Shown here piece after piece: positions 38,963-47,842 of a DNA stretch of 64,000 nt. The notes under the pieces were generated by a model. The model did no database searches. It was not told the origin of the DNA and saw only the letters and a program-made list of their open reading frames with translations. Made by a program: the position numbers and the translations under genes. Position 1 is the stretch's first letter, and every line of letters begins with the position of its first letter. The stretch is from Deltaproteobacteria bacterium (GTDB taxonomy: Bacteria; Myxococcota_A; Polyangia; HGW-17; JAJRWW01), in assembly GCA_029938605.1 (NCBI GenBank), contig JAOZUO010000003.1:26592-90591 (forward strand), given 5' to 3'.

Positions 38963-39733
38963 TTAGGACATCTGACTACGCAGGGTGGCCAGCAGTTGCC
39001 GCGCCTCGTCTGGAATATCGTCGAGGTTGGGATACGGGGGTGCGCCCGACAGGTCGGCGTCGATGGCCTTGGAGTCGTAGGGCAGCACACCCAGGACCGA
39101 TATGGGCGCCAAGGCCTTGGTTACTGCGGCGGTGTCGGCACCATCGCGCACCTTGTTCACCACGGCGGCAATGTTCTTGATCCCGATCTCGGCGGCCAGC
39201 TCAGCGACCCTTTGGGCGGTCTTGATGGACCGCGCCCCGGGCTCCACCACCACGATCATCAGGTCCACGGCCGTGGCCGTGGCGCGGCCGAGGTGCTCCA
39301 CTCCCGCCTCCATGTCCATAATGAGGTGGTCCTTCTGGCCGAGTATAAGGTGGGTCACCAGGGCCTTGAGCATGACGCTCTCGGGGCAAATGCAGCCCGA
39401 TCCTCCATGATCCACGGTGCCCATGAGCAGCAGGTGTACGCCGTCCTTCTCTACGGAGAGCTTGTCGGGCAGATCGTCCACTGTGGGGTTCAGCTTGAAA
39501 AAGGACCCAATGGCACCTGGCTTCGCGCCCGTGCGCTCCTCGATGAGCTCCTTGAGCTCGGTGACCGGAGCGATCTCATCACCATTTTCGATGCCCAGGG
39601 CGGACGCCAGGCAGGGCGCGGGGTCCGCGTCCACGGCGATAACCCGATCTCCCTCGGCCGCCAGCAACCGGGCCAACAGCGCCGCCACGGTGGTCTTGCC
39701 CACGCCACCTTTTCCACTGATTCCAATCTTCAT
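38963..39733 (-). CDS. cooC: CO dehydrogenase/acetyl-CoA synthase nickel-insertion ATPase (CooC/AcsF family)
   Basis: MKIGISGKGGVGKTT deviant Walker A. MinD/ParA-like. Lies within the acs operon. Confidence 0.8.
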   Translation of the reverse strand: MKIGISGKGGVGKTTVAALLARLLAAEGDRVIAVDADPAPCLASALGIENGDEIAPVTELKELIEERTGAKPGAIGSFFKLNPTVDDLPDKLSVEKDGVHLLLMGTVDHGGSGCICPESVMLKALVTHLILGQKDHLIMDMEAGVEHLGRATATAVDLMIVVVEPGARSIKTAQRVAELAAEIGIKNIAAVVNKVRDGADTAAVTKALAPISVLGVLPYDSKAIDADLSGAPPYPNLDDIPDEARQLLATLRSQMS

Positions 39734-39817
39734 GATCTCTCTCCATAAACGTCTGGTCTAGAACCTAAACACACATGGCACCAGAGCAATACAGAATTGA
39801 ACGTTCGCGCTGACACA

Positions 39818-40110
39818 TCGCTCGCTTAGCCCCCGCTACGGATGTTCCCCTTGCCGCTCCAGCGGGGCGCTGCAAGAGCGGCTGCGGAGAAATCCTCCAC
39901 GGGGGCGACGCTCGCTGGGTGGTGCTTACACGGAAATTTGCGAGGCATACGATACTCGATGATACGCGCTGTGCCGCTCGCTTAGCCCCCGTTCCGGATG
40001 TTCCCCTTGCCGCTCCAGCGGGGCGCTGCAAGAGCGGCTGCGGAGAAATCCTCCACGGGGGCGACGCTCGCTGGGTGGTGCTTACACGGAAATTTGCGAG
40101 GCATACGATC
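39818..40110. repeat. tandem direct repeat, 2 x 156 bp, in the cooC-acsE intergenic region
   Basis: The unit ctcgcttagcccccg(c/t)t(a/c)cggatgttccccttgccgctccagcggggcgctgcaagagcggctgcggagaaatcctccacgggggcgacgctcgctgggtggtgcttacacggaaatttgcgaggcatacgat recurs at 39821 and 39977. Each unit holds the hairpin gccgctc...gagcggc. Confidence 0.8.
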
Positions 40111-40174
40111 AACGGAGCGGACGCGGAGCGGACTATCCGAGCTCGGTAACGAGGAAAACGGCTCTACATAAGTG

Positions 40175-40262
40175 AGCGGAGCCCGCACGGAGGATTTCAC
40201 GGCAGCCGCTCTCGCAGCGCTTCGCTGGAGCGGCAGAGTGAATCCTTCGTGTGGGCGAAGCG
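40175..40262. repeat. partial third copy of the 156-bp unit, in inverted orientation
   Basis: cggaggatttcacggcagccgctctcgcagcgcttcgctggagcggcagagtgaatcc is the reverse complement of the unit core with a few substitutions. Confidence 0.65.
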
Positions 40263-40325
40263 AACGGTTCTACGGCGGGATCTACAGCCCGAAGGTGTGT
40301 TTTGAGGGAGGCTGGGGGGGGGGAG

Positions 40326-41219
40326 CTAGAGATCTAGCCAGGAGTCGGAGTAGAGCTTTTGGCCGAGGAGGACCTGGGTGGTCTTGACGTAGTCGGTCTC
40401 TTCCTTGGACAGGCCGGCCATATCGGGTACGTCGCCGTCCATGATCTTGCCCACGATGGTCTCGATGTCCTTGCGCTTACCGCGGGCGATGTCCATGAGG
40501 CCCTTGTCGAGGGGATCCACGATGGCGCCCTTGAGGCCGGCCCTCAGGAGCATGGCAAAGTAGGTCTGGTTCACCAGCGGGCGAAGCTTATCCGGGCAGC
40601 CATTAGAGATGTTGGACAGGCCACAGGTGGACATGCACTCGGGGAACATGTCGGGCATCATGAGCATGAAGTTGGTGCAGCCCTGGGCCTCGATCTGCTG
40701 GGAGCTGACCGGCACCACGATGGGATCCACCCAGATATCCTCACCCGCTAGACCCGCCTCCTGGGCGGGGTACACGATCTCGGAGGCGAGCACGCCGCGC
40801 TCATTCTCGTCCCGGGGGATGCCCTCGGGGCCCCACAGAAGCGCCACCATGCCGGCGTCGTACTTCTTGGTGAAGGGCATGAGCTTCTCCATCCGGTCCG
40901 GGCGCGCCATGATGGAGTTGATGACGGCCTTGCCGCCCTTGTTCTTGTAGACCTTGAGCCCCGCCTCCATGGCGTCTACGTTCATGGTGTCTAGGTACAG
41001 CGGCAGATCAGAGACCTCCTGCACCGCGCCGACGACAAACTGCATGAGCTCGTCGCCCTTTTTGCGGGCCGGCCCCAGATTGACGTCCAGATAGTCCGCC
41101 CCCGCCTCGGTGAGCCTCACCGCGAGATCCTGGATAGGTTTGACGTCCCGGTTCTTCATGGCCGGGCCGATGGACTTGGACATCACGTTGATGTTTTCAG
41201 CGATTACCTTGAAGGACAT
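40326..41219 (-). CDS. acsE: methyltetrahydrofolate:corrinoid/iron-sulfur protein methyltransferase
   Basis: Pterin-binding TIM-barrel signature (IGERINV-like MSFKVIAENINVMSK..., GADYLDVN, VDPLV-like IVDPLD). Confidence 0.85.
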   Translation of the reverse strand: MSFKVIAENINVMSKSIGPAMKNRDVKPIQDLAVRLTEAGADYLDVNLGPARKKGDELMQFVVGAVQEVSDLPLYLDTMNVDAMEAGLKVYKNKGGKAVINSIMARPDRMEKLMPFTKKYDAGMVALLWGPEGIPRDENERGVLASEIVYPAQEAGLAGEDIWVDPIVVPVSSQQIEAQGCTNFMLMMPDMFPECMSTCGLSNISNGCPDKLRPLVNQTYFAMLLRAGLKGAIVDPLDKGLMDIARGKRKDIETIVGKIMDGDVPDMAGLSKEETDYVKTTQVLLGQKLYSDSWLDL

Positions 41220-41295
41220 TGGGATCTCCTCGGTGGCGCAACCCTAAGCGCCAGGCAATAATGTCGTCTTGATTCCTAACGCCTGGTCTGCACGA

Positions 41296-42645
41296 CTAGG
41301 CGAAGTGCTGCTTGAGGTAGGCCGGGATGAAGCTGGCCTCACGAGGACCGACCATGACCTCCCACTCGTCACCCAGCTCCTCTTCGAGGTCACCGCTGAT
41401 GATGGCCGCCAGACCGGGGATGACGATCTTCTTGTTGGCGATCTTGTCGTTGCAGCCCTGCTTCTTCATGGATTCGCCGATGGAGTCACCCACGAACTTG
41501 CCTGCCGCCCATGCGGTCAGCACGGAGAGGCCGTCGGTGTCCTTGACGTAGAGCCAGCACGGGATCCGGCTGTTCTCGATCTCGCCACTCACGATGAAGT
41601 AGGTGAGCGAGAAGTTCGAGGTCACCACCACGGGGCTGTCCGCCGTAGCGTCGTTCATGGAGTAGAAACCCTCGTCGGTCTTCATGGGCCGCTGCGGGTC
41701 GGTGTAGATGTTCAGTCGCTCCAGGAGCAGCGGGAACAGGTACTGGCCCTGGAAGTCGGACAGAATGATGATGCCGGCGTACTTGGCGATGCCGGCGGCG
41801 GCAAGGACCGCCTCCTTCATCGGGGTGTCAGCCATGTCGCACACCGGGGCGATGGTCGGGAAGCCGAAGGTGCGGTCCTTGGCCGTGAGGGCCAGGCGCC
41901 GGATGGCGGTCTGGTCCCGAAGCTGATCGCCGGCGGTGCGGGCACCGGAGTCGAAAACCACGTCCTTGATGCCGGCCTTTTCTGCCGCCTCGGACAGCTC
42001 TTTGATCTCGTCCAAGCCGTTGCCGATGACGCCCAGCGACGCGCCGTGCTCCTTGGCCAGTCCACCCATGGCGTCCAGGTTGTCCTTGGTCACACCGTAG
42101 ATGAGCACCTTGGAGTCGTCTCGCTCGGCCAGACCAGCTTTGATCATGTCCGGGTTGTCGGACCAGAGGATCAGCCCAGCGTCCGTAGCGCCGCGCACCT
42201 TCTTGACCAAGGCAGCGTAGGTGTCAGCGTTGCCGGACTCAGCCTTGAGGGCGAACAGATCGCCCTTGAGGAGAAGACCCACCCGCTCGTACTGGTGGTC
42301 GACGAAGCACTTGAGCTTACGGTCGACCTCTTCGGCGGAGTCGCTGTCGCTGATCTTCAGGGCCAGACCCGTGGGGTTGAAGAAAGTCTTCTCGTGACGG
42401 AACATCACGAGCTCGCCACCGGTCTTGAAAGCGTCTTTTCCGGCGCCGATCGCCACGGGGCGGATGGGCGGCGCGGAGGCCTCCGACAGCATGGCCTTGG
42501 CCTCGTCACTCACGTAGGGACATGCGCTCAGCTCAGCCTTACCTGCGGCGAGGTTCATGGCAAACGCCAGGCACGTAGGGACGCCGCACTCCTTGCAGTT
42601 CGTCTTGGGCAGCAACTTAAAAATCTGGATTCCGGTCAATCCCAT
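41296..42645 (-). CDS. acsC: corrinoid iron-sulfur protein large subunit (AcsC/CdhE)
   Basis: N-terminal 4Fe-4S motif TNCKECGVPTCLAFAMNLAAGKAELSACPYVS. Confidence 0.85.
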   Translation of the reverse strand: MGLTGIQIFKLLPKTNCKECGVPTCLAFAMNLAAGKAELSACPYVSDEAKAMLSEASAPPIRPVAIGAGKDAFKTGGELVMFRHEKTFFNPTGLALKISDSDSAEEVDRKLKCFVDHQYERVGLLLKGDLFALKAESGNADTYAALVKKVRGATDAGLILWSDNPDMIKAGLAERDDSKVLIYGVTKDNLDAMGGLAKEHGASLGVIGNGLDEIKELSEAAEKAGIKDVVFDSGARTAGDQLRDQTAIRRLALTAKDRTFGFPTIAPVCDMADTPMKEAVLAAAGIAKYAGIIILSDFQGQYLFPLLLERLNIYTDPQRPMKTDEGFYSMNDATADSPVVVTSNFSLTYFIVSGEIENSRIPCWLYVKDTDGLSVLTAWAAGKFVGDSIGESMKKQGCNDKIANKKIVIPGLAAIISGDLEEELGDEWEVMVGPREASFIPAYLKQHFA

Positions 42646-42747
42646 GTGCCGTTCTCCTAATCGATGGTCTCGGCAGACCTTTGGTGGCCTATCGGGTTCT
42701 TGAGAATTGTTGCCCCCCCGGCGAAGAGCCGAGGGGGGGGGAAATCA

Positions 42748-44961
42748 CTACATCATCGGGTCCATGGTGATCGCCGGGTGACCCTTCTCGGTCAGCCACT
42801 CGAGGATCTCCATCTCATCGGTGGACACGGTCTCGTCGCAGATGAGCTCGGCGAAGTTCTCCGACAGGCCCTGCTTGACGGCCTGGGCGTTGATCCTGTC
42901 CTTGAGCTCTTCTTTGAGGTTCTTGGGCAGCCAGACCAGCCGCCCGATGCCGCCTTCGGCCCTGATGAACTTGCCGGACACCACATACAGCTTGGAGTGG
43001 CCCACAAAGCCCGGGGTCACCGCGCCGCCGCCCACGGTGCCGGCCAGGGTGGTGAACTTCATACCCGAGGGGGTCATGCCGCCGTAGTCGCGATCCACGG
43101 TCATGATGCCGTTACACATGGGCATGATGGCGCTGATGGCCTCGAAGCAGCCGCAGGAAGTCATGGGCTCTTCCATGATGGAATAAGCGTTGTACAGCTC
43201 CACCGTGCCGCGAGAGGCCTGGCGCACGAATTCGTTGACACCCTCCCACTGGCCGCGCTTCTCGTCGATGACGCGCCCCTTCTCGATGGGCTGGTTCGGC
43301 CCCGTGGGGGTGATTTCGAAAGAGGCCTTGCAGTCCAACCAGGAGTAGGCACCACAGAGGCCCGTCCGCTCAGGGGTCACCACGCACACGTGGCTCGGAG
43401 CGAAGGACTGGCAGAGAGTACAGCTGTAGTAGGTCTCCTCGTCCTCGTCGACCATGCCCTCCACACGGGCGTCACGCACGGCGTAGGATGCCCGCGCCAA
43501 CTTGAGGATCTTCTTGGCGTCCTCTTCCTTGGTGAAGATGGTCACCTTCACCTTGTCGAGAATGGCGCCGAACTCGCTGTGGTACTTGGCCCAGATGATC
43601 TCGCCAATATGCTTGAAGCGGAAGCCCTTCTCGTAGGCGGTCTTGGAGATACGGAACCAGGCGATGTCGCGCTGGCCAATGTGCATGCTGCCCTGGGCGA
43701 AGTTCACCAGGTGGTGGATCTGCCGCTCCAGGATGGGCTCGAAGTCGGCCTGGAACTCGCGGCCCGCCACTTCGACCTTAATGCCCAGGGAGCACTTGGA
43801 GTTCTCGCCGAGCTCATCGAGATCGGGACCAATGAGCTGAATGTCGTGGTCCTCGATGGCGTCCATCTCGGCCGAGGTGGTCCACTCCACGGCGAAGGTG
43901 CCGCCACGACCGCCACCGCCCTCGAAGTAGATGTCCGGCCCACGCACGCGCTCGCCCTCGAAGGCGGCACCGTAGGCTACGGGAACCTCTACCTTGGACA
44001 CGTTGACCTTCAGACCACGGACCTCCACCGAACGCTGAACGATTTCGTCGTGGGGCACATTGGAGACCACATGCTCGTAGGTACACACGCCCGTGGGCAG
44101 GATCTGCGGAATGGGTGTGTCGGCGATAACCGGGAAGCCGTAGTTCACGCACATGAGGCCGTTGGCGTACCACTGGTCGGTGACGTGACCCAGGGTCATG
44201 GCGAAGGCGAAAACGCGGTCCTTGTTGTAGATGAGGACCCTGCGGTAGTCGCCGGGCTCGATGCCGCCGAAGGTCAGGGCCGCACGGGTGGCGAACCCCG
44301 CGGCGAACACCGCCGCGGAGACGTCCGGGCCGAAGGAGACCAGCCGGGTGCCCCAGCCGATCTCCACACCCGCCTCTACGAGCTGCTCGGAGAAGCGCAC
44401 GCCGTTGTGCTCGCCTGCCATGAAGACGTACAGGTTCTTCTGCTGCAGCTCCAAGGCGATCTGAACGGCGATCTCCGTGGTGGGCGCGGCACCTAGGATA
44501 GCGGCAAAGCCCGGGGCCGTGCCGTCGACGAACTCCACGCCGCGTTTCCGCAGGATCACGTCGTCGGCGGCGCCAAGCCAGATGTTATCGTCAGTGACAT
44601 CCTCGCCCCGGACATAGAAGTCGGGGAACTCGAGGTACCTCATGCACTCTTCCATCTCCTGGGCGAACAAGGCCACTGCGCCCGCGTCCAGGGCTGGGCC
44701 CAGGTAGGGCAGATGCACATGCTCCTTGACCAGGGGCGGCAGGAGCATCCGACAGCGGTCGAAGACGGGACCCATGTCTTCCAGCGTCTCGATCTTGTGA
44801 CCGAGCAGGCCGTAGATGCTGGGCAGGTAGTAGCCGGTGTTGGGGAACCCAACCTCGGTCTTACCGCCGTGCGTATCCATCATCTCGGTATATTTTTTTC
44901 GCACGCGCTCCACGATTGCGTGGGCGCCACGGATTCCAGCGGATGCGATGATCTTAGACAT
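42748..44961 (-). CDS. acsB: acetyl-CoA synthase catalytic subunit (AcsB/CdhC)
   Basis: 737 aa with global AcsB architecture. C-terminal A-cluster region with the CGAYSWLDCK...CTLCQSFAPSHVC motifs. Confidence 0.85.
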   Translation of the reverse strand: MSKIIASAGIRGAHAIVERVRKKYTEMMDTHGGKTEVGFPNTGYYLPSIYGLLGHKIETLEDMGPVFDRCRMLLPPLVKEHVHLPYLGPALDAGAVALFAQEMEECMRYLEFPDFYVRGEDVTDDNIWLGAADDVILRKRGVEFVDGTAPGFAAILGAAPTTEIAVQIALELQQKNLYVFMAGEHNGVRFSEQLVEAGVEIGWGTRLVSFGPDVSAAVFAAGFATRAALTFGGIEPGDYRRVLIYNKDRVFAFAMTLGHVTDQWYANGLMCVNYGFPVIADTPIPQILPTGVCTYEHVVSNVPHDEIVQRSVEVRGLKVNVSKVEVPVAYGAAFEGERVRGPDIYFEGGGGRGGTFAVEWTTSAEMDAIEDHDIQLIGPDLDELGENSKCSLGIKVEVAGREFQADFEPILERQIHHLVNFAQGSMHIGQRDIAWFRISKTAYEKGFRFKHIGEIIWAKYHSEFGAILDKVKVTIFTKEEDAKKILKLARASYAVRDARVEGMVDEDEETYYSCTLCQSFAPSHVCVVTPERTGLCGAYSWLDCKASFEITPTGPNQPIEKGRVIDEKRGQWEGVNEFVRQASRGTVELYNAYSIMEEPMTSCGCFEAISAIMPMCNGIMTVDRDYGGMTPSGMKFTTLAGTVGGGAVTPGFVGHSKLYVVSGKFIRAEGGIGRLVWLPKNLKEELKDRINAQAVKQGLSENFAELICDETVSTDEMEILEWLTEKGHPAITMDPMM

Positions 44962-45008
44962 TGCTTCTCCTCAATTGGGCGTTCGCTTCGCAGCTAGTAG
45001 ACCGGGGC

Positions 45009-46964
45009 CTAGGCCTCGATGTCGGCCTCCGCACGGCGCATCTCCATGTCCATGAGGACACGTTCCTTCTTCTTGTCGATGCCGAGCGCTTTTCGTTTCT
45101 CGTCGATATGGGCGATCATGAGCTGCGCGGCCTTGACGGGGTCCGGCTCAAAGTCCCACTTGCCGCCGACCTTCTCGGCAATGCCGTCGAACAGGTATTC
45201 GGTGAGCTTCTTGGCGCCCAGGGTCGGGAAGGAGACTCCGAACACGGTATAGACGCCCGAGGCCACGAAGTAATGGCCGATGGAGATGGCCTTCTCGGAC
45301 ATCCACTCCGGCGCGGCACCCGCGGCGGGGAGGTCCGAGATGTCGTCTCCCAGGCCCCCCTCCTTGACCACCGCGGCGGCGGCCATGAGGATACGGGAGT
45401 TGTCCACGCAGGAGCCCATGTGGAGCACCGGTGGGATGCCCACGGTCTCACAGACCTCGCGCAGGCCGGGACCGGCAAACTCCAGACCCTTCACCGGATC
45501 CATCAGCCCCTCCTTGGCACAAGCGATGGCGCTGCACCCGGTCTGAAGCACAATCACATCGTTTTTGACCAGCTCCTTGACCATTTCGATGTGATAGAGG
45601 TCATGCGGCACCTTGGCGTTGTTACAGCCCACCACGCCGGCGATGCCGCGGATCTTGCCGTTGATGATATTGTCGTTGAGCGGCCGATACGAGGCGCGGA
45701 AGGAACCCCCCAGCAGATAGTTGATCGTCTCGTGGGAGAAGCCGGCGACCAGATCGATGGTATCGAAGACCGTCTTCTTGGCGTCCTTCTGCCGGTTCTG
45801 GTAGTTGTCGCAAGCGACCTTGACGATCTCCTTGGCCGACTCGAGCGCACGGTCCTCGTGGAACTCGATGTGCTGGGCGTCGGGCATCCTGGCGATACGG
45901 CTCGTGGTGAGGATTTTGGTGTGGTAGTGCTTGGCCACCTGGGGCAGAGACTGCATAATGCACTGGATGTCCACCACCATGGCCTCCACCAGGCCGGTCA
46001 CCATGGCAACCTCCTGCTGGAGGAAATCGCCGGCAACCGGAATGCCGTGCCGCATCAGGATCTCGTTGGCCGTGCAGCACATGCCGCCCAGGTTGATGCC
46101 GCCGGTGGCACCCTTGGAGGCGGCGTACTCCTTCATCTCGTCAGTCATGGACACGGCCACGATCATCTCGGAGAGCAGCGGCTCGTGCCCATGCAAGATG
46201 ATGTTCACCTGGTCCTCCTCCAAGAACCCCAGGTTGACCTTACTGACCACTGGAACCGGAGTGCCGAACAGGATGTCCTGAAGCTCCGTGGCCAGCATGG
46301 ATCCACCCCAGCCATCGCCCAACGCGGCGCGGCTGCCGTGGTCGATCAGGTGATGGTACTCCTGGTCCACGCCCATGTGCGTCCGGTGCATGATCTCCAC
46401 GATCTCGCGGTCGATGCCCCGGGGCATGATGCCCTGCTCCCGCCACAGCTGCTGGCGTTTGAGCGGCGCGCGCTGGCACATGACGAGCTCACCCTCCTGC
46501 TGGCCCCACTGAGCCAGGGCGAGCTTGCCCACTTCCAGCGCGATGTCATTGATGGCGCGATCCCCAATTTCGACCTCGAAGTCCATGGCCAAGGCGAGGA
46601 GCTTCTGCTCGTCTTGGATGGAGTAGCCCGGAGCCTTGCCCTCGGCCACCTCGATGAAGGTCTCGGCCACGGCCCGACCGTGGTCGGAGTGTGCCGCGGC
46701 GCCGGCGGCGATCATCCGGATAAAGTTCCGCGCGGCGATGGTGTCGGAATCAGCGCCACACACGCCCCGCTGGGGCCCGTTGCCGTAGGGATCGGTCTGA
46801 CACGGTCCCATGGCACAGATCCGACAGCACACGCCCAGATTCCCAAAGCCACACTGCGGACTCTGCTGTTCCAAACGGTCCCAACAGAGCTCGACACTTT
46901 CTTCACATGCCTGGCCGATAAGCTGCGCGGTAACAGGATCGCCACTCTTCATTTTCTCGTTCAT
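45009..46964 (-). CDS. cooS: anaerobic carbon-monoxide dehydrogenase catalytic subunit (CooS/AcsA)
   Basis: B/D-cluster motif CGFGNLGVCCRICAMGPCQ. 651 aa. Confidence 0.9.
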   Translation of the reverse strand: MNEKMKSGDPVTAQLIGQACEESVELCWDRLEQQSPQCGFGNLGVCCRICAMGPCQTDPYGNGPQRGVCGADSDTIAARNFIRMIAAGAAAHSDHGRAVAETFIEVAEGKAPGYSIQDEQKLLALAMDFEVEIGDRAINDIALEVGKLALAQWGQQEGELVMCQRAPLKRQQLWREQGIMPRGIDREIVEIMHRTHMGVDQEYHHLIDHGSRAALGDGWGGSMLATELQDILFGTPVPVVSKVNLGFLEEDQVNIILHGHEPLLSEMIVAVSMTDEMKEYAASKGATGGINLGGMCCTANEILMRHGIPVAGDFLQQEVAMVTGLVEAMVVDIQCIMQSLPQVAKHYHTKILTTSRIARMPDAQHIEFHEDRALESAKEIVKVACDNYQNRQKDAKKTVFDTIDLVAGFSHETINYLLGGSFRASYRPLNDNIINGKIRGIAGVVGCNNAKVPHDLYHIEMVKELVKNDVIVLQTGCSAIACAKEGLMDPVKGLEFAGPGLREVCETVGIPPVLHMGSCVDNSRILMAAAAVVKEGGLGDDISDLPAAGAAPEWMSEKAISIGHYFVASGVYTVFGVSFPTLGAKKLTEYLFDGIAEKVGGKWDFEPDPVKAAQLMIAHIDEKRKALGIDKKKERVLMDMEMRRAEADIEA

Positions 46965-47037
46965 TCGAGACTCCTTGCTCTATCTTCGCCTGTCCCGGAA
47001 GCACCGCCGAAGCGGCCCCGGGGCGCCGGGCGTCAAG

Positions 47038-47802
47038 TTACATGTGTCCTTCTGCCATGGCCTGCTTGGCGTAGAACTCCCGCCGGCAGGTGGGGCAGAC
47101 CGACCGCACATCCTCGTCCATATTGACGGTCTTCTTCAGGTGCGCCAGGTGCTTCTCCGTGGCCACGGCCTTGCCGCAGATGCGGCAGCGCACCAGCTTG
47201 TGTATGGCGCGCCAACGGGGCAGCTCCCGCGTATCAGCCGTGTCGATGACCTCAATGCACTGCGTGGGACAGACCGAGGCGCAGGAGGCACATCCGATGC
47301 ACTCCTTGGACAGGTCGTCAAAGGGCGTGCCCACGTCCTTTTTGTCCCCGCGGCCGATGAAGCCCAGGGCCTCGACGCCCATGACGTCCTTGCACACCTG
47401 AATACACAGGCCGCACAGGATGCACTCCTCACCGCTCACCGGGTAGGCCTGGGCATCGACGCCGTACTCGGCGGCAAGCTCTCGGACCCGCTTGGCCTTG
47501 GGCGCCCGCGCGATGAGCAGCTCGAGTACACCCTTGCGATTCTCTCGGATGTTCTCGGAGTCGGTGACCACCTCGATGCCCGGCAGCACCGGGTAGTTGC
47601 AGGAGGTGGTCAGCTTAGTCTTCTTGCGGCCGTGGGACTCAGCAGTGACCTCCACCAGGCACAACCGGCAGGCCCCATAGGCCTCCACTGCGGGGTGGTA
47701 GCACAGGTGCGGGATATCGATCCCGTTGTCCAGAGCGGTCTGTAGCAGGCTCGCGCCTTGCTCCGCCTGGATGGTTTTTCCGTCGATGACGATGTCAATC
47801 AT
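47038..47802 (-). CDS. iron-sulfur protein with a 2Fe-2S ferredoxin-like N-domain plus 4Fe-4S clusters (NuoG/HndD N-terminal-fragment-like)
   Basis: MIDIVIDGKTIQAEQGASLLQTALDNGIDIPHLCYHP...CRLCLVEV plus CILCGLCIQVC and CIGCASCASVCP. Start set at the ATG 47802, which avoids a 359-bp overlap of the track ORF with the upstream gene. Confidence 0.6.
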   Translation of the reverse strand: MIDIVIDGKTIQAEQGASLLQTALDNGIDIPHLCYHPAVEAYGACRLCLVEVTAESHGRKKTKLTTSCNYPVLPGIEVVTDSENIRENRKGVLELLIARAPKAKRVRELAAEYGVDAQAYPVSGEECILCGLCIQVCKDVMGVEALGFIGRGDKKDVGTPFDDLSKECIGCASCASVCPTQCIEVIDTADTRELPRWRAIHKLVRCRICGKAVATEKHLAHLKKTVNMDEDVRSVCPTCRREFYAKQAMAEGHM

Positions 47803-47842
47803 CTGTAGATGCTCCCTGTTAAATAAATCGACAACCGTGGCC

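Noticed and set aside
41269-42660. 463-aa plus-strand ORF antisense to acsC, plus many similar long antisense ORFs
   Set aside because: These are typical GC-rich antisense frames, with Gly, Ala, Arg and Val-rich low-information sequence, lying opposite genes with strong homology. Other examples are 42664-44496, 44961-47126, 47726-48994, 49037-50095, 2309-3250, 998-1675 and 25176-26789.
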